A stretch of 64,000 nucleotides of DNA, from positions 1 through 64,000 of the IMG/VR virus record IMGVR_UViG_3300003322_000423. One strand, written 5' to 3'. The stretch is from a virus. The notes beneath the pieces were generated by a model. The model worked only from the letters and a program-made list of their open reading frames with translations, did no database searches and was not told the origin of the DNA. The number at the start of each line of letters is the position of its first letter. Within the stretch, counting starts at the first letter, position 1. The position numbers were made by a program, and so were the translations under genes. Shown here one piece after another: positions 18,372 through 31,056 of this stretch.

Positions 18372-21300
18372 ATGCCAGCAGGTTTTCACGTAGCTTCAGC
18401 GTATGTAGATATCCATGCTGAAGACGCAGGCTTACGCGGAGAGATTCGTTCCGCCATTGAAAGTGCTGTAGCAGGTCAAAACGGCAAGGTAAAACTTGAT
18501 GTTGATACAAGTGCTTTAAGAGCTAAGATCGAATCTGCTGTAAAAAGTGCAGCCGCAGGGGCAAAAGGGGAAGTAAAGCTAGATCTTGATGCAGGGGCAT
18601 TACGTGCAAAAGTAGAAGAAGCTGTTAAAGCTGCTGCTGCCGGTGCGCGAGGCAAGGTCGGACTAGAGCTAGATGAAGCAGGATTACGCTCTAGGGTATC
18701 CGCTGCTGTAGCAGCGGCGGGGGCTGGACAGAGAATCCGTGTCGGTATAGATGTAGATAACCGACCCTTGGGGACTTTAGGTAATGCATTACGAGGTGTA
18801 AATAGAGACACTAACAATGCATCAAACTCGACACGCAGACTATCTCGTGATTTTGACGGCCTCACAGGTTCAACAGGTCATTGGGCAACTATTGCTGCTG
18901 CGGCATTTGTGGCGGTTAACCCGCTAGCTGCGGCATCTTATCAGCTCATAAAGACTACAGCGCCTGCTATGGGTGTTCTGGCATCTGCAACAGTAGCAGC
19001 CGGTTTGGCCTTTGCCGCAGTAGCCGTTGGAGCCGACGGCGTGGGTAAAGCGTTAAAGGAACAAGCCAAGGGTGGTGAAAAATATTATGAAGCCTTGGGT
19101 AAGTTGACCCCTGCTGCCCAAGATTTTGTGGGGGCTATAGGGGAACAGAGAACTGCTATGCAGGGTCTCAAAGCTGCCACACAAGAAAGTCTATTCCAAG
19201 GCTTTGGAAATGCCATGCGTGAGATGGGACAGGCTACTATGCCTGCTGTCACCGCAGGGCTTACAGGCATGGCCGGTGTTCTTAACAAAATGGGCACAGG
19301 TGTCATGCAAACACTTACTGACCTAGGTAAATCTGGCACCTTGATGCAGTTGTTCACAGGTGCTACACAGGCTATGAAGCCTCTTCAGAACATACCTGGT
19401 CAGTTTACCGATGTATTTGCCAAAATTGCTACAGCTAGCATGCCTCTGTTTGAGCGCATGAATACAGCCATGGGCAACAGTATGTCCCGTCTGTCTGATC
19501 GTGTAAACACAGCATTCGAAACAGGTGCATTGCAGGGTAGGATTTCTGCTGCCGGAGATACAATCAGCGGATTCTTTAAGAGACTGGGTGACAACCCTGA
19601 AATTCAGCAGTTCCGTAGCAATATGAAAGCTATGGGACCAGAAATGGCGAGCACCCTTGGGAATATAGGTAACGCCACCCTAGGTCTTGTTAATGCTATG
19701 CAGCCTGTAGCAGGTGCAGGTACAAAGGTTATGAATAGCCTGGCATCCGCAATCAACACCATTCCTGCCCCTATCCTGACAGCCGGGCTAGGTCTGATGA
19801 CGTTCGGTAAAGCAGGACAGTGGGTAGCAGGTCGTGTAACAGCTTTACGAGGGCTGGCAGCAACCTCGGGAATAGCTATTGGTAGACTAGGTGCTACTGC
19901 TGCTACAAGCGCTGGTTTTGTCAACCTATTGGGTATGAATGCCACTAATGCTGGTCTTGCTGCCAGAGTGTCTACAGGATCAGTAATTGCCATGGGCGCA
20001 GGTATGACCCGAGGTGCTGCCGCTGGTACATTGCTTAAGACTTCCCTGGGAGCAGTAGGTGCAGCGCTAGCCGTTAAACCTATGGTTGACTGGATGCTAG
20101 GTATTGACAAGTCAGTACCTTCCACTCAGAACATGACACAACAGATTCAGAAGTTAACTGCTCAGGGTCAGAATGCTCAGCAAATCCTGGGCAAAATGGA
20201 CTTCGGTGGTATCTTTGGTGCAGGTAAAAAAGACCTAGGTGACGCCCTACAGCAGATCTACAAGCCAAGTAACATGGATCAGTTCAAGCATGCCATGGAT
20301 GCCGTAGGTTTGGGTGGTAATAAGCTAAAAGACTCAAACAAGTTCATTAATAACTTGGATAAGTCTCTAGCTGAACTAGTACGCGGAGGCAATGGGGACA
20401 CTGCTGCTCAAATCATGGGACAGATTAGCCAGAAGGCTGCTCAAATGGGCATCCCTGTTGGCAATGTAACTAAGAAGTTCAACGACTACAAGACTGCTCT
20501 CAAGGAACAAGCTGTAGCCCAGCAAGCTGCGGAACAGGCATGGATCAGAACTCAGGGTGCTTTCGGTGCACAGGCATTAACCACCCAAAAGAATATCCAG
20601 TCTCAGATGCAAGGTGTGCAAGGACTACAAAATTCTTATGCCGCTCTAAACCAGATACAGCAAACTGGTATAGGGGGTCAGATTGCTACAGCCGCTGCTA
20701 TTTCAGCCGGTACTGCCATCCTGAAGGATCACGGCGGAACGCTGAAGATGGTTGGCGGCCAGATGCAGTTGAACACTGTAAAGTCCCAGGAATCCGCAGG
20801 TGCTCTACTTCAGATTGCTCAGGCTGCAAACCAGGCGGCACCTGCTGTACTTGCGGCTACAGGAAGCGCCAAGCAGACTGCGGCTGTTTACAATTCAGCT
20901 CGTGACGCTGTTGTTAAGCAGGGTCAGGCTTTCGGTCTTACAAAGTCACAGGCCCAGGAATACGCCAACACTGTTATCCGTATGCCCCCTATGCAGCAAC
21001 TTCTAGGTGAGCAGTTCAAACAAGCAGTGCCTAATATTCAGGCTGTGGGTCAGTCTCTTAAAAACTTCGGGCAGATCATACCTGGCATTAAAATGCCTAA
21101 TCTCAAGGTGGATATGCCTCGCGCAAGCATGCCGTCAATTCAGGCTCTGAAGGATCTAGGTCTAGGTGTAGGTACCAACAAGGACGGTACCTTCAACATC
21201 AAGTTTAACGTACAAGGTGCTGAAAACCTGAAGAATCTTCAGGGCATCATTGGTGGTTTGGGCAAGGGTAAGCCCATCCAGCTCAAGACAGATCAGGCCA

Positions 21301-24300
21301 ACATGGATAAAACCGTTGCGGCTGCTAAAGAACTCGGGATGACCGTAACAAAGGGTGCTACTGGTGTTTACACCTTCAAGACTCCTGATGGTCAGACTGT
21401 AGAAGTTTCTATGGGTAAGACTCAAAAGGCCGTAGAAAAGACAAACAAAGAAGTCAGCAAACTTCAGAATACTCCTATGGCCTCTAAGAGTGTTGCTGAT
21501 CAAAAAGCTCAACAATTTGAGGACTCCCTTAAAAGAGCCGGTGTCGCAGCGGAGCAAGCCGGTAAGGGTCAAAAGGAACTTAACGCAGCCGTTGATGAGT
21601 TCTCTAAGAATCCTCTTATTAAAAACGGGCAGGGTTTCAACAACTTCATGCCTAAGAATCAAGACCTTGCCAAATTCCAGCAGTTTGCTGATATGTTTGG
21701 TGGTATGGGGGCGGGTAAAGGTCAAATAGGTGTATCTGTGATGATCTCAGGTACAGAACAGATCGATAAGCTTCAAGCGCTTAACGCTGTCAATAACAAG
21801 ATCATACAAGTGTCTGTAAACATCTCGGGTACAGAACAGATCGAAAAACTACAAGCATTGAATGCTGTTAACAATAAGATCGTTCAGGTATCTGTAAACA
21901 TTTCAGGCACTGAGCAGATAGAAAAGCTTCAGGCACTCAACGCTGTAAACAACAAAATTGTTCAGGTATCTGTAAACATTTCAGGTACTGAACAAATTGA
22001 CAAGTTGAAGGCTCTTAACGAAGTCAACAACAAGATGGTACTGGTAAACGTCAGTATCTCTGGTGTTGAGCAGATAGAAAAGTTGAAGACTCTTAACCAG
22101 GTCAACAATAAGAGCGTCATTGTCAATGTGTCCATTACGGGTGCGGACCAGGTAGAAAAGCTCAAGACGCTGAATCAGGTCAACAACAAGAGTGTTACAG
22201 TAAATGTAAGTGTTACAGGCGCCGATCAAGTTGAGAAACTCAAGACTCTTAACCAGGTCAGCAATAAGAGCATTACAGTAGCTGTAAACATCTCAGGACA
22301 GATTGACAAGATTGACAAGCTTAAAGAGCTTAACTCTGTATCTAACAAGAGTCTAAATGTCTCCGTTAACATTTCGGGTAATATAGATAAACTTAGCGAA
22401 TTGAAGAGCATTCCAGCTAGCAAATCTGTTTCAGTTTCTGTTTCAGTTTCTGGAGCCGCAAGCCTGGATAAAATTAAAAGTATTCCATCAAGCAAGGCTG
22501 TAAGAGTAACGGTCACTGCGTCTGGAGTAGAATCTGTCGTTTCTAAGATCAATAGTATTCATTCCAAGAGTGTCACTGTCACTGTGTCAGAAAGTGGCAC
22601 AGCCGCAGTTCAGTCAAAGATTGATGCTATTCATGGTAAGACAGTTACTATCCAGGTACAACAGCAAGGTGCTGAAGCTGCTCAGGCTGCTATTGACGCC
22701 ATTCACGGCAAAACAGTTACTGTCACAGTCAACGTGGTCAAGGTAGGTTCTGTAGCAACCGGCGGATTCCCCGATTCTTCTGCAATTCCCGGGTTTGCGT
22801 CAGGTGGTAGCAGTGGTCGCCGCTACCCTTCTGGTGGAAGCGTAGTGGGGCCTGGTAGCGGTACTTCGGACAGTATTCTTGCACGTATTTCAAATGGTGA
22901 GTTCATCATTCGTGAAGCCATGGTAAAGAAATATGGTCCTGAATTCTTGGCTGCTATTAACCATGGGGTGTACAACCCGATGGCATCAGCAATTTTCGGC
23001 AATAAAACATTACGTAAAATGCTGCCTCATTTTGCGAGTGGAGGGTCTGTAAGTTTAGGGAACGTTCAGCCAGGTGCTCAGAACAATGAAGTTCTTCTGA
23101 TTCAGAAAGCCCTAAAACAACTATTCCCTAACTTTGATTACTCTTCAGGGCCAGGTATATTCGGCCCACGTACCACAGCAACGTATGCTCAATTCCAGAG
23201 ATCTCTGGGATTCTCTGGTTCCGATGCTGATGGTGCACCGGGAATGCAGTCACTCTTGGCTCTTCAGAATCGCACCAACGAATTCACTATTAAGGCAAGT
23301 ACTGCTACAACCAAGTACATCATTCAATGGGGTGACACTCTTACCAGTATCGCTCGAAAGTTTGGTACTTCTGTAGACGCACTTGTCAAGCTGAACAACA
23401 TCAAGAACCCTAACTTGATATATGCTGGTGCTACTCTGAAGATCCCCGGTTTAGGTGGAGGGGGATCTACAACTCCTAAGCCTCCTCCGGGTGTAATTCC
23501 AGGTACAAAGCCTGGTGACTGGAATTACCTTGTCAAACCTAAGTTTGGTAAACTTGCAGTCAATACCGAAAAGGACGGCGATAAGAAGGTAAAGCCTGTT
23601 CCTGAGGTAGAAGGTCTGCGAGAGCTTGCAGGATTCAGCCTTACCAAGACCAACCATTTCTTTGCCAACATGACTGGTACTAACGCTGCTAGTCTTGTAA
23701 ACAAGATCAAGGACGCTACAGATAAAGCCGCTCTGGCAGGCGTTCTTGATGAAATGCGAGGCGGAGTATATAACGCGTTCAAACCCGGCAAGGGGCGGGA
23801 TCAACTTCAAGATTACCTTTACAAGGGTGCGAAGATCGAGCTGGAATACCAGAAGCGGTTGGAGGACACTAAAAAGAGTCTTGAAGATGCTCAAAAAGAG
23901 TTGGATGATGTAAACAGCAACTTCAAGCAGCTCAAAGAAAGCATTCAGCAGAATGTCTCTCAGTTTGCAACCTTGACAAAGACAGGTAAAGCCGGTGCTA
24001 GCACCGAAACCATGATCCGTCAGTTGACTAAGGATACTGGGACTGTACAGGCGTTCTCCCAGGGTATCGATGCTCTTAAAGGACGCGGTCTTAATGGCAC
24101 CACCCTGGGTCAGATTGCTGCTCTTGATCCTGTAGAAGGTCTGCGCACCATCAACTCTCTGGTGAAAGCAACGCCAGAACAGTTGAAGCAGATCAATGAT
24201 CTTCAGACGCAGATTGACAAGGCCGGTACTGCTGCCGGTACTACAGCGGCTGAGACAATGTATCGTGCAGGTATTCAAGCGTCTCAAGGTCTTGTCGATG

Positions 24301-24743
24301 GTCTGAAAGCTAATCAGTCTGCTATCGAAAGCCAGATGAAGCTTATTGCTGAGGCAATGAAAACAGCTATCATTCAGGCTCTCGGTATCAAGTCGCCTTC
24401 ACGAGTGATGCATGGTTATGGTGTAAACACCATGCAGGGTCTCATTCAGGGTATGCAGGTTCAGGGTCGTGACATTGGTCCTGTGGTACGTAGTCTTGTC
24501 TCCCAGATCACAGACAATGCGCAGAATGTACCTGTAGGCGCGAATGCTGTTCCTGTACCTGGAACTGCTGGGGCACAGAGCAATTCACAGGGTGGTGGAG
24601 ATATTCACATTGGTAATATTCACATCACTATCAAGTGTGATGCGGATACTGTCAAGAACCCGGAAAACGCCGAAGCCTTCGCACGTAAGTTAGTACCTTA
24701 CATGATGGAAGAAATCCGCCGCGAGAACAATAAGAGGAAGTAG
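18372..24743 (+). CDS. Tape measure protein with internal repeats, peptidoglycan-binding and LysM domains
   Basis: 2123 aa, Ala/Gly-rich; [10 protein letters not shown]...GEF motif; LysM ([17 protein letters not shown]); LGIKSPSRV. Confidence 0.93.
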   Translation: MPAGFHVASAYVDIHAEDAGLRGEIRSAIESAVAGQNGKVKLDVDTSALRAKIESAVKSAAAGAKGEVKLDLDAGALRAKVEEAVKAAAAGARGKVGLELDEAGLRSRVSAAVAAAGAGQRIRVGIDVDNRPLGTLGNALRGVNRDTNNASNSTRRLSRDFDGLTGSTGHWATIAAAAFVAVNPLAAASYQLIKTTAPAMGVLASATVAAGLAFAAVAVGADGVGKALKEQAKGGEKYYEALGKLTPAAQDFVGAIGEQRTAMQGLKAATQESLFQGFGNAMREMGQATMPAVTAGLTGMAGVLNKMGTGVMQTLTDLGKSGTLMQLFTGATQAMKPLQNIPGQFTDVFAKIATASMPLFERMNTAMGNSMSRLSDRVNTAFETGALQGRISAAGDTISGFFKRLGDNPEIQQFRSNMKAMGPEMASTLGNIGNATLGLVNAMQPVAGAGTKVMNSLASAINTIPAPILTAGLGLMTFGKAGQWVAGRVTALRGLAATSGIAIGRLGATAATSAGFVNLLGMNATNAGLAARVSTGSVIAMGAGMTRGAAAGTLLKTSLGAVGAALAVKPMVDWMLGIDKSVPSTQNMTQQIQKLTAQGQNAQQILGKMDFGGIFGAGKKDLGDALQQIYKPSNMDQFKHAMDAVGLGGNKLKDSNKFINNLDKSLAELVRGGNGDTAAQIMGQISQKAAQMGIPVGNVTKKFNDYKTALKEQAVAQQAAEQAWIRTQGAFGAQALTTQKNIQSQMQGVQGLQNSYAALNQIQQTGIGGQIATAAAISAGTAILKDHGGTLKMVGGQMQLNTVKSQESAGALLQIAQAANQAAPAVLAATGSAKQTAAVYNSARDAVVKQGQAFGLTKSQAQEYANTVIRMPPMQQLLGEQFKQAVPNIQAVGQSLKNFGQIIPGIKMPNLKVDMPRASMPSIQALKDLGLGVGTNKDGTFNIKFNVQGAENLKNLQGIIGGLGKGKPIQLKTDQANMDKTVAAAKELGMTVTKGATGVYTFKTPDGQTVEVSMGKTQKAVEKTNKEVSKLQNTPMASKSVADQKAQQFEDSLKRAGVAAEQAGKGQKELNAAVDEFSKNPLIKNGQGFNNFMPKNQDLAKFQQFADMFGGMGAGKGQIGVSVMISGTEQIDKLQALNAVNNKIIQVSVNISGTEQIEKLQALNAVNNKIVQVSVNISGTEQIEKLQALNAVNNKIVQVSVNISGTEQIDKLKALNEVNNKMVLVNVSISGVEQIEKLKTLNQVNNKSVIVNVSITGADQVEKLKTLNQVNNKSVTVNVSVTGADQVEKLKTLNQVSNKSITVAVNISGQIDKIDKLKELNSVSNKSLNVSVNISGNIDKLSELKSIPASKSVSVSVSVSGAASLDKIKSIPSSKAVRVTVTASGVESVVSKINSIHSKSVTVTVSESGTAAVQSKIDAIHGKTVTIQVQQQGAEAAQAAIDAIHGKTVTVTVNVVKVGSVATGGFPDSSAIPGFASGGSSGRRYPSGGSVVGPGSGTSDSILARISNGEFIIREAMVKKYGPEFLAAINHGVYNPMASAIFGNKTLRKMLPHFASGGSVSLGNVQPGAQNNEVLLIQKALKQLFPNFDYSSGPGIFGPRTTATYAQFQRSLGFSGSDADGAPGMQSLLALQNRTNEFTIKASTATTKYIIQWGDTLTSIARKFGTSVDALVKLNNIKNPNLIYAGATLKIPGLGGGGSTTPKPPPGVIPGTKPGDWNYLVKPKFGKLAVNTEKDGDKKVKPVPEVEGLRELAGFSLTKTNHFFANMTGTNAASLVNKIKDATDKAALAGVLDEMRGGVYNAFKPGKGRDQLQDYLYKGAKIELEYQKRLEDTKKSLEDAQKELDDVNSNFKQLKESIQQNVSQFATLTKTGKAGASTETMIRQLTKDTGTVQAFSQGIDALKGRGLNGTTLGQIAALDPVEGLRTINSLVKATPEQLKQINDLQTQIDKAGTAAGTTAAETMYRAGIQASQGLVDGLKANQSAIESQMKLIAEAMKTAIIQALGIKSPSRVMHGYGVNTMQGLIQGMQVQGRDIGPVVRSLVSQITDNAQNVPVGANAVPVPGTAGAQSNSQGGGDIHIGNIHITIKCDADTVKNPENAEAFARKLVPYMMEEIRRENNKRK
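21744..22400 (+). repeat. 78-nt (26-aa) tandem repeats in the tape measure gene
   Basis: About 8-9 copies of [26 protein letters not shown], degenerating toward the 3' end. Confidence 0.9.
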
Positions 24744-24745
24744 AT

Positions 24746-25981
24746 ATGCCACATTCATCATCTGGCTATGGCGAGATACGGTTGAATCGTATCTACTTGG
24801 TCGAAAAGGAAAGCGCCAAAGAAGATATGGAGGGGAAACTGACTCTCTCAGGTCAGGAGAGCAGCCCTCCCACTACTGTCGCTATGGTGACAAATCTTCA
24901 CGGCCAGATCAGTTCTCTGCAAAAGGGTGTACCTATACCCGTCACGTTCAGAGACAAAAATGAGCGTGACGGGTACTACACCATTAACCGTGCGGATTCT
25001 GATCTTAAGAACTGGCAAAACGAGGTAGCTACATCAGACTGGACTTTAGATCTGCTGAGACGTGGTTCTCATACCGAATGTGACATACAGTCCCGTCTTA
25101 CCGGGGCTGTACGTCAGAACGATTTCAGTCAGACTGGTGAACGCTGGCACGCCCCGGCAATCGGTCACTACAGCTATCAGACAGGTCTTACTGACGTTTC
25201 TAGCTGGGTAGACCGTACAAGTGCTGACGGAACGGTTCGTGTATACAGGGGTATCCCGACAGGGACACACCCTAAATGGGGCTGTACACCAACTAACTAT
25301 TTCGGCGGGCGTGTACGTGTTACAGACACGCTAGAAGTCTCTACAGAAAATGAATTAGAAGGTATCAACCGTCAGATGTCTGCTTCGGGCTGGTCTATGT
25401 CAAATGGGCTTGTAAACGTGACAGCAACTGCTTCAGCAGGTATAATTGACGTACAGTCATACGATCCAGATGTATCGGCATACAGAAGCACTCAATGGAA
25501 AATACAACGTAACGGCGTTAACGTACAGACTTGGAGTTCTGTAACTGTTGTACGTAATACTTTTGAACATTGCATAATTCGTCTTACAGCAAATATTGTG
25601 AGCGCTCCTGGACGTGTAACTGTAGATCTCAGCCTTAAACGAGGCTCTAGATTTGTTGAAGGCTATTTTCAGAGTAGTTCCAGTACCACTTTGAAAATAG
25701 TGCAGAACAACACTACAGCGAGCACTACAGGCACAGGTTATGTCATAGCAACATCTAACGATGCAAACGGCAATAAACCTATAGTCGGAAGTGCTCGTTC
25801 TTTCACAGCGGATACAACAAATGGTGGTTTATCCAAAGCGTCTACCACCTCTCTAGATTTTTACATAGGTGCAGTTATTCAGCCTGGTGGGGGTGCAGCC
25901 GCATCAGGTGATGCAGCAGCAGACTTGCAAAACCAATACATAGGCACTCTTCCAGAATCAACGTACATCGTAAGGCGGTAA
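24746..25981 (+). CDS. Minor tail protein (distal tail-like position)
   Basis: Immediately after the tape measure; beta-rich. Confidence 0.7.
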   Translation: MPHSSSGYGEIRLNRIYLVEKESAKEDMEGKLTLSGQESSPPTTVAMVTNLHGQISSLQKGVPIPVTFRDKNERDGYYTINRADSDLKNWQNEVATSDWTLDLLRRGSHTECDIQSRLTGAVRQNDFSQTGERWHAPAIGHYSYQTGLTDVSSWVDRTSADGTVRVYRGIPTGTHPKWGCTPTNYFGGRVRVTDTLEVSTENELEGINRQMSASGWSMSNGLVNVTATASAGIIDVQSYDPDVSAYRSTQWKIQRNGVNVQTWSSVTVVRNTFEHCIIRLTANIVSAPGRVTVDLSLKRGSRFVEGYFQSSSSTTLKIVQNNTTASTTGTGYVIATSNDANGNKPIVGSARSFTADTTNGGLSKASTTSLDFYIGAVIQPGGGAAASGDAAADLQNQYIGTLPESTYIVRR

Positions 25982-25983
25982 AG

Positions 25984-28900
25984 ATGACAGTCTCAGAGGT
26001 CAAGGAGGCGTTAGGTACTTTCAGTTTGAAACTGAAACCTAACGTCCCTCGCGATGTACTGGACCAGATAGAATACTTTGGTCACATTGCTGTCATCCCC
26101 GGACGTATGGATGCCCGCACCTATGGTGATGGCACACTGGATTCTGCCAGATACGTTGGTGTCGTGCGTAAGAAAAGAATTACGGACAATGGTACCTTCG
26201 GAGCTGAAACCTCTGAGACTGCTGTCACCCTAGAGGGTGTCGGGATGAACTTCTGGCTAGGGGATGAAAATGATAAAGGTACAGTCATTGAGGATGAGAT
26301 ACAGCTTACTGCTGTGAACTTCTCTGCGGCTGTCTCAGCCCTTCTACCCCCTGCGGTGACAATAGGTACCGTCGGAGGTGTTTCAGGTTCTTACAGTGGC
26401 TTCCACCAGTGGCAGACACCTCGTAAAGCTATTCAGTACGTGTGTCAGACAATGACACAACCGGCTGAACCCACCAACCTCATTTCTGCCGCAAACTCGT
26501 CTTTTGAGACTTCAGGGGGTGTGGGGGGCTGGACTGCTGTAAGCAACTGTGCTATTGCCGCCACAGGGGCATACTCTTATCTCGGTACACAGTCCATGCA
26601 GGTGACACCCTCATCTGTCGGCGCCATGGTGGCAAAGACAAACGGTACGGCAAATGCTGCTAACGTCACTGCTGGAGATACCTACGTCGTTTATTACTGG
26701 GTGCTGGCTACTGGCACATCCTGCTACGGACGAATAGGCGTGGACTACAGAGATGGCACGTATACTCAGCAAGGCTCAGCTTCGGCAGACACTTTCCTCG
26801 CGCTACCTCAGAATGCGTGGACACAAGTTTCTCGTACTATCACTGTGCCTACAGGGGCGGGGATCACACAGGCTGACTTCCTGGTCAACCTTCAGAGCAA
26901 TGCATCCGGGGACAAATTCTATGTGGACAATGTCTGGGTGTACAAATCTCAGGTAGCGACCCCCGTGTCTTTCCGTGTAAACAACCGAGGTGCTATAGAC
27001 GCAGGGCCTGAAAGCAATCTTTACGTTACAAACCCTACATGTATTCTTGTACGTCAGGGAAGTATCAACGGCGAAGATCTGCGTATAAGAGCTGTACCTG
27101 GAACCGTGGGCCTGGATCAGGACATGGAAGACTTCGCAACTCGCGTTGTTCTTCTTGCCGGATCTGACGGACAACAGTTCAGCACTGGACAATCAGACAT
27201 CGGTACCATTTCTCCTGGTACAAATATTTACAAAGACATTCACGGTAACCCGCTCAATCTGACAAAGCTCATGAGCGAGTCAGAAACAAGTGACGACAAC
27301 GCAGACACCAGAGCTGAATTGGCGTTAAGAGATCTTATCACCCCTCACCGTGAGATAACACTCAATACAGACGACTATGACATTTACGGGTCTTTCAGCG
27401 TAGGTGACTATGTCTATTGCTATGACCCTGATGGCAATCTGACCGACACGGCTAACGAAGTCACAGTACGGGGTATCCGTATCAATCCCATAAAGCTTCA
27501 GGTTACTGAGGCGGAGTGGCCTGTAACTGATGATTATTCTATTGGGTACAGAGCTGCTGATGGTACTTGGTATGACCTGACAGACTATGTTGCATTTGAA
27601 GACGACCGTGCTACCCGAGTCGTTATCGGGGACTTCAAGCGCACTCTTGACAACGGTCTTACCAGTGTCACTGCCCGTCTAGGGACAAATATCGCCCCGG
27701 ACAATCTGACACCCGATCAGACTGACTGGATAGTGGGTTCATTTCAGGCTGTAGCGTATCTGGACAGAACAGGCATGGCCCGAGCACAGCAAAAGGTGGC
27801 TTGGTCTACACCTAACAACACAGATGGTAGTGCCATCACAGATGGGTCTCATTATGAGATTCAGTTCAAGCTAAGTGTGGGGCATTTGTACTCCCAGACG
27901 TGGGGAGCTGTGGCTAATATCCACTGGGCGGACATGTTCACCTGGGATCAGCCTGTACAGCCATCCACAGTCCACTGGGAGACTCGTATGGTGACATGGG
28001 GTACAAATACCCTTGTCATCAACGATCTTGCCTGCGGTACTGCGTATGATTTCCGCATTCGGGCCATTGACAAGAGCAACAATATAGGTGCTTGGTCTGC
28101 TGTAGAGATTATCACGACGGCAGAAGATGACATTCCACCGTCTCAGCCCGCCTCCCCTGAAGTAGCTAGTTCTTTGATTGCCGTACAAGTTACACATCAT
28201 CTAGGTAAAAGTTCTGGCGGTACATTCAACTTAGAGCGAGACTTGGCATACCTTGAGGTACATGCTGAATACGAGCCAGGTTACACCCCGGTAGAATCTA
28301 CAAAGCTCGGTAACCTAATTGCCAACGCCGGACTTCTTGATGCCCAGACACCGGCTGTGGGGACATTCCCTATTGCCGATACTACCAATGTGTACATCAA
28401 GGTTGTAGCTGTAGATCAGTCGGGTAACAGATCTCAACCTTCACCGGCTGTTCAGGCAAGTGCACAACTGATCGACGATGCCCACATTTCGGATCTGACG
28501 GTATCAAAAGTCACTGCTGGAACCATTACAGCAGACTGGCTGTTGTCCGGAAATATCAGTACAGGAGTCGATGGACAGCGTGTAACTCTAAGCCCCACAG
28601 GTATCCAGACGTATAACGTTGACGGAGATCTGACTACAAACATTTCATCCGATCCGTCACAAACTAACGACTTCATCACGTGGCGAGGAACAGATGGAAC
28701 TGTGTTGGCGTCTGTCAACAGTCTAGGTCAAGGGGCTTTTCAGGATGTCAGCGTCACAAATGACCTGGTTGTACAAGGTACAGATATTCTCGATGAGTTG
28801 CTGACACGACCTAAAGGTGTTGTAGCGTACGGATCGTCAAGCTCTGCCACATTTGATATCTCCATGATTTCAGATGCCACCGCTGAATATGGATACATGG

Positions 28901-29811
28901 AAGTGTCTTTTGTTGCCGAAGCCGGTCGTATGTACAAACTGAGCCTTTCAGGTCAGATCAGTAATACTCAGCCTGATGCACGTAGCAAATGGAGTATCAG
29001 GTATACCCAAGATGGGTCAAGACCTCTTGTCACGAGTACTTTGATTGCCAGTGAGTACAACTATTCTGGGTCCGCTAGTGGTGACCGAACAAACCATTAC
29101 CAGTCGTTCTACACTACGTTCAATCCAGGGTACACCCGACTTTTGTGGACCCTAGATGGTTCCGCAGGTCGCCAGACCATTTACGCCTCTACAGGTCCCA
29201 GCCAATTCACTGTAGAGGATGCTGGAGACATCAGCTTGTTCGACAATGTGGCAGTTCTGAACGATGGTCAGGCAGATGATACAACAGGTACTCCGGGAAC
29301 CGGAGGTGTGGTGTCATTCGTGCGCACTTATGGTGCAACATGGACACGCACTTATATATATGACGATTCTTTGCGAGCTGTCAATGGAACCTCTTTGCTT
29401 TACCAGGGTAGATATGACGGTAATTTAGGTCAGCAAAAGAGTCTCATTGGATTTGATTACAATTCCATTAAATCTGATTTGTCTACCGCAACCGTAAAAA
29501 AGGTGGAAGTGTATCTGTATGCCGAACACTGGTATTACGACTACGGTACAGCTCTGATAGGTACACACAACTTTAGTAGCTCCCCGGGCACCTGGTCTTC
29601 TGGATCGGTTAACGCTATTAGAAAGCAGGTATCGTCTTGGAACAGAGCTACAGGTAAATGGGTGGATATCGGTACAACTATAGGTAATGAGTTTAAAGCA
29701 GGTACCACAAAGGGTATAGCTCTCGGTCCTACTAGCAATACAAACCAGCTCTACTACGGCTATTTCACCGGAGGTTCAAGCCCGAAGCTCCGTATTACAT
29801 ACACTAAGTAA
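25984..29811 (+). CDS. Large minor tail/baseplate protein with a CBM4/9-like insert and FN3-like domains
   Basis: NLI..NSSFET...YVDNV carbohydrate-binding pattern; YDFRIRAIDKSNNIGAWS FN3 pattern. Confidence 0.8.
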   Translation: MTVSEVKEALGTFSLKLKPNVPRDVLDQIEYFGHIAVIPGRMDARTYGDGTLDSARYVGVVRKKRITDNGTFGAETSETAVTLEGVGMNFWLGDENDKGTVIEDEIQLTAVNFSAAVSALLPPAVTIGTVGGVSGSYSGFHQWQTPRKAIQYVCQTMTQPAEPTNLISAANSSFETSGGVGGWTAVSNCAIAATGAYSYLGTQSMQVTPSSVGAMVAKTNGTANAANVTAGDTYVVYYWVLATGTSCYGRIGVDYRDGTYTQQGSASADTFLALPQNAWTQVSRTITVPTGAGITQADFLVNLQSNASGDKFYVDNVWVYKSQVATPVSFRVNNRGAIDAGPESNLYVTNPTCILVRQGSINGEDLRIRAVPGTVGLDQDMEDFATRVVLLAGSDGQQFSTGQSDIGTISPGTNIYKDIHGNPLNLTKLMSESETSDDNADTRAELALRDLITPHREITLNTDDYDIYGSFSVGDYVYCYDPDGNLTDTANEVTVRGIRINPIKLQVTEAEWPVTDDYSIGYRAADGTWYDLTDYVAFEDDRATRVVIGDFKRTLDNGLTSVTARLGTNIAPDNLTPDQTDWIVGSFQAVAYLDRTGMARAQQKVAWSTPNNTDGSAITDGSHYEIQFKLSVGHLYSQTWGAVANIHWADMFTWDQPVQPSTVHWETRMVTWGTNTLVINDLACGTAYDFRIRAIDKSNNIGAWSAVEIITTAEDDIPPSQPASPEVASSLIAVQVTHHLGKSSGGTFNLERDLAYLEVHAEYEPGYTPVESTKLGNLIANAGLLDAQTPAVGTFPIADTTNVYIKVVAVDQSGNRSQPSPAVQASAQLIDDAHISDLTVSKVTAGTITADWLLSGNISTGVDGQRVTLSPTGIQTYNVDGDLTTNISSDPSQTNDFITWRGTDGTVLASVNSLGQGAFQDVSVTNDLVVQGTDILDELLTRPKGVVAYGSSSSATFDISMISDATAEYGYMEVSFVAEAGRMYKLSLSGQISNTQPDARSKWSIRYTQDGSRPLVTSTLIASEYNYSGSASGDRTNHYQSFYTTFNPGYTRLLWTLDGSAGRQTIYASTGPSQFTVEDAGDISLFDNVAVLNDGQADDTTGTPGTGGVVSFVRTYGATWTRTYIYDDSLRAVNGTSLLYQGRYDGNLGQQKSLIGFDYNSIKSDLSTATVKKVEVYLYAEHWYYDYGTALIGTHNFSSSPGTWSSGSVNAIRKQVSSWNRATGKWVDIGTTIGNEFKAGTTKGIALGPTSNTNQLYYGYFTGGSSPKLRITYTK

Positions 29812-29822
29812 GGTGACAACAA

Positions 29823-31022
29823 ATGTCTAGTACAACCTCACGTATGGCTATGTACAAGCCTGCAAGCGGTGAAAACGTAAATGTTGTCACCGACCTTAAC
29901 AACAACCTTGACAGTCTCGATTTAAACATGAACTTTCGTACGTGTACTTCCAGTACACGTCCGTCAGTTAAATGGGATGGTATGACTATCCATGAGACTG
30001 ACACACGAAAGTCATATGTTTGGAATGCTACACCAGCCGTCTCAGGATGGTATGAAATCTTCACCGCAGAAACACCGTTGACTCAGGTGAATTTAGCACA
30101 GTCTGCCACGGGATCATTTACATTGACAAGTAAAATCAACACCGACACAACTTCCCGTTTACAGGTTAGAGGTGATGGACGTCTGGAATGGGGTCCGGGA
30201 GGTGCAGCCGCCACAGATACATTTTTAAGTAGATCTGGCTCCAACGCTTTAAGTACAGCCGGAGATTTCACTGTTACAGGTAATACCACTATCTCCAGTA
30301 CTACAGAGTCTACAGCCCTTAACGTTTCTGGTGGAGGCACTATCTCAAAGAGTCTCACGATTGGAGGTTCTGCATCATTGGGAAGCGGACAGGGTGTACT
30401 TACTCTTCGCAACGCCACAACACCTCCCACAGCCAACCCCACAGATGGTGCTATTAACTGGGTGTCTTCCGACAGACTATTTTTCAGATCCTCTAAAGGT
30501 ATGCAACTTGTAGGTGTTGGGGCTCAATCAGTGGTAGCTGACTCTACCAAAACAAACCCTTCCACCGAAACTCTTATGTACACTTTTACTATTCCTGCCA
30601 ATGACTCGACAACAGGTTCTACATATAGAATTCGCGCATGGGGTACTTTTAACTCTAATGGGGCTGCTACCGCCACCTTTAAAGGTTATATTGGTGGCAC
30701 GGGTGGTACATTGCTTGTAAACAACGGAGGTATAGCTTCTACAGGTACCGTTTCTAACCGTATCTGGAACGCAGAAATTTTTGTAGTCAATACTTCTGGA
30801 GGGGCATCAGGTAAATGTAATATGCACGGTATCTGGTTTACTAACATATCCACTAATGGTTTGGGTACTGCCACACCGGATTCTCGTATGAGCGGTTTTA
30901 CGGAAGCTTCTAACATTAACTGGACAGCAAATCAGGACATTGCGTTAACTATACAAATAACACCCTCAAACGCAAGCAATAACTTAAGAATAATGGGCGC
31001 TATAGCTGAGCGATGTAACTAG
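29823..31022 (+). CDS. Tail fibre/receptor-binding protein
   Basis: T/S/G-rich; LNNNLDSLD...CTSSTRPS, EWGPG motifs; last gene of the tail operon. Confidence 0.7.
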   Translation: MSSTTSRMAMYKPASGENVNVVTDLNNNLDSLDLNMNFRTCTSSTRPSVKWDGMTIHETDTRKSYVWNATPAVSGWYEIFTAETPLTQVNLAQSATGSFTLTSKINTDTTSRLQVRGDGRLEWGPGGAAATDTFLSRSGSNALSTAGDFTVTGNTTISSTTESTALNVSGGGTISKSLTIGGSASLGSGQGVLTLRNATTPPTANPTDGAINWVSSDRLFFRSSKGMQLVGVGAQSVVADSTKTNPSTETLMYTFTIPANDSTTGSTYRIRAWGTFNSNGAATATFKGYIGGTGGTLLVNNGGIASTGTVSNRIWNAEIFVVNTSGGASGKCNMHGIWFTNISTNGLGTATPDSRMSGFTEASNINWTANQDIALTIQITPSNASNNLRIMGAIAERCN

Positions 31023-31023
31023 A

Positions 31024-31056
31024 AAAACCCCCGTCGATTTGACGGGGGTTCTTTTA
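31024..31056. terminator. Bidirectional terminator between convergent operons
   Basis: AAAAACCCCCGTC-GATTT-GACGGGGGTTCTTTT. Confidence 0.85.

Noticed and set aside
18476-24287. Long antisense ORFs within the tape measure and other structural genes
   Set aside because: Shadow frames caused by codon bias; no RBS or domain motifs
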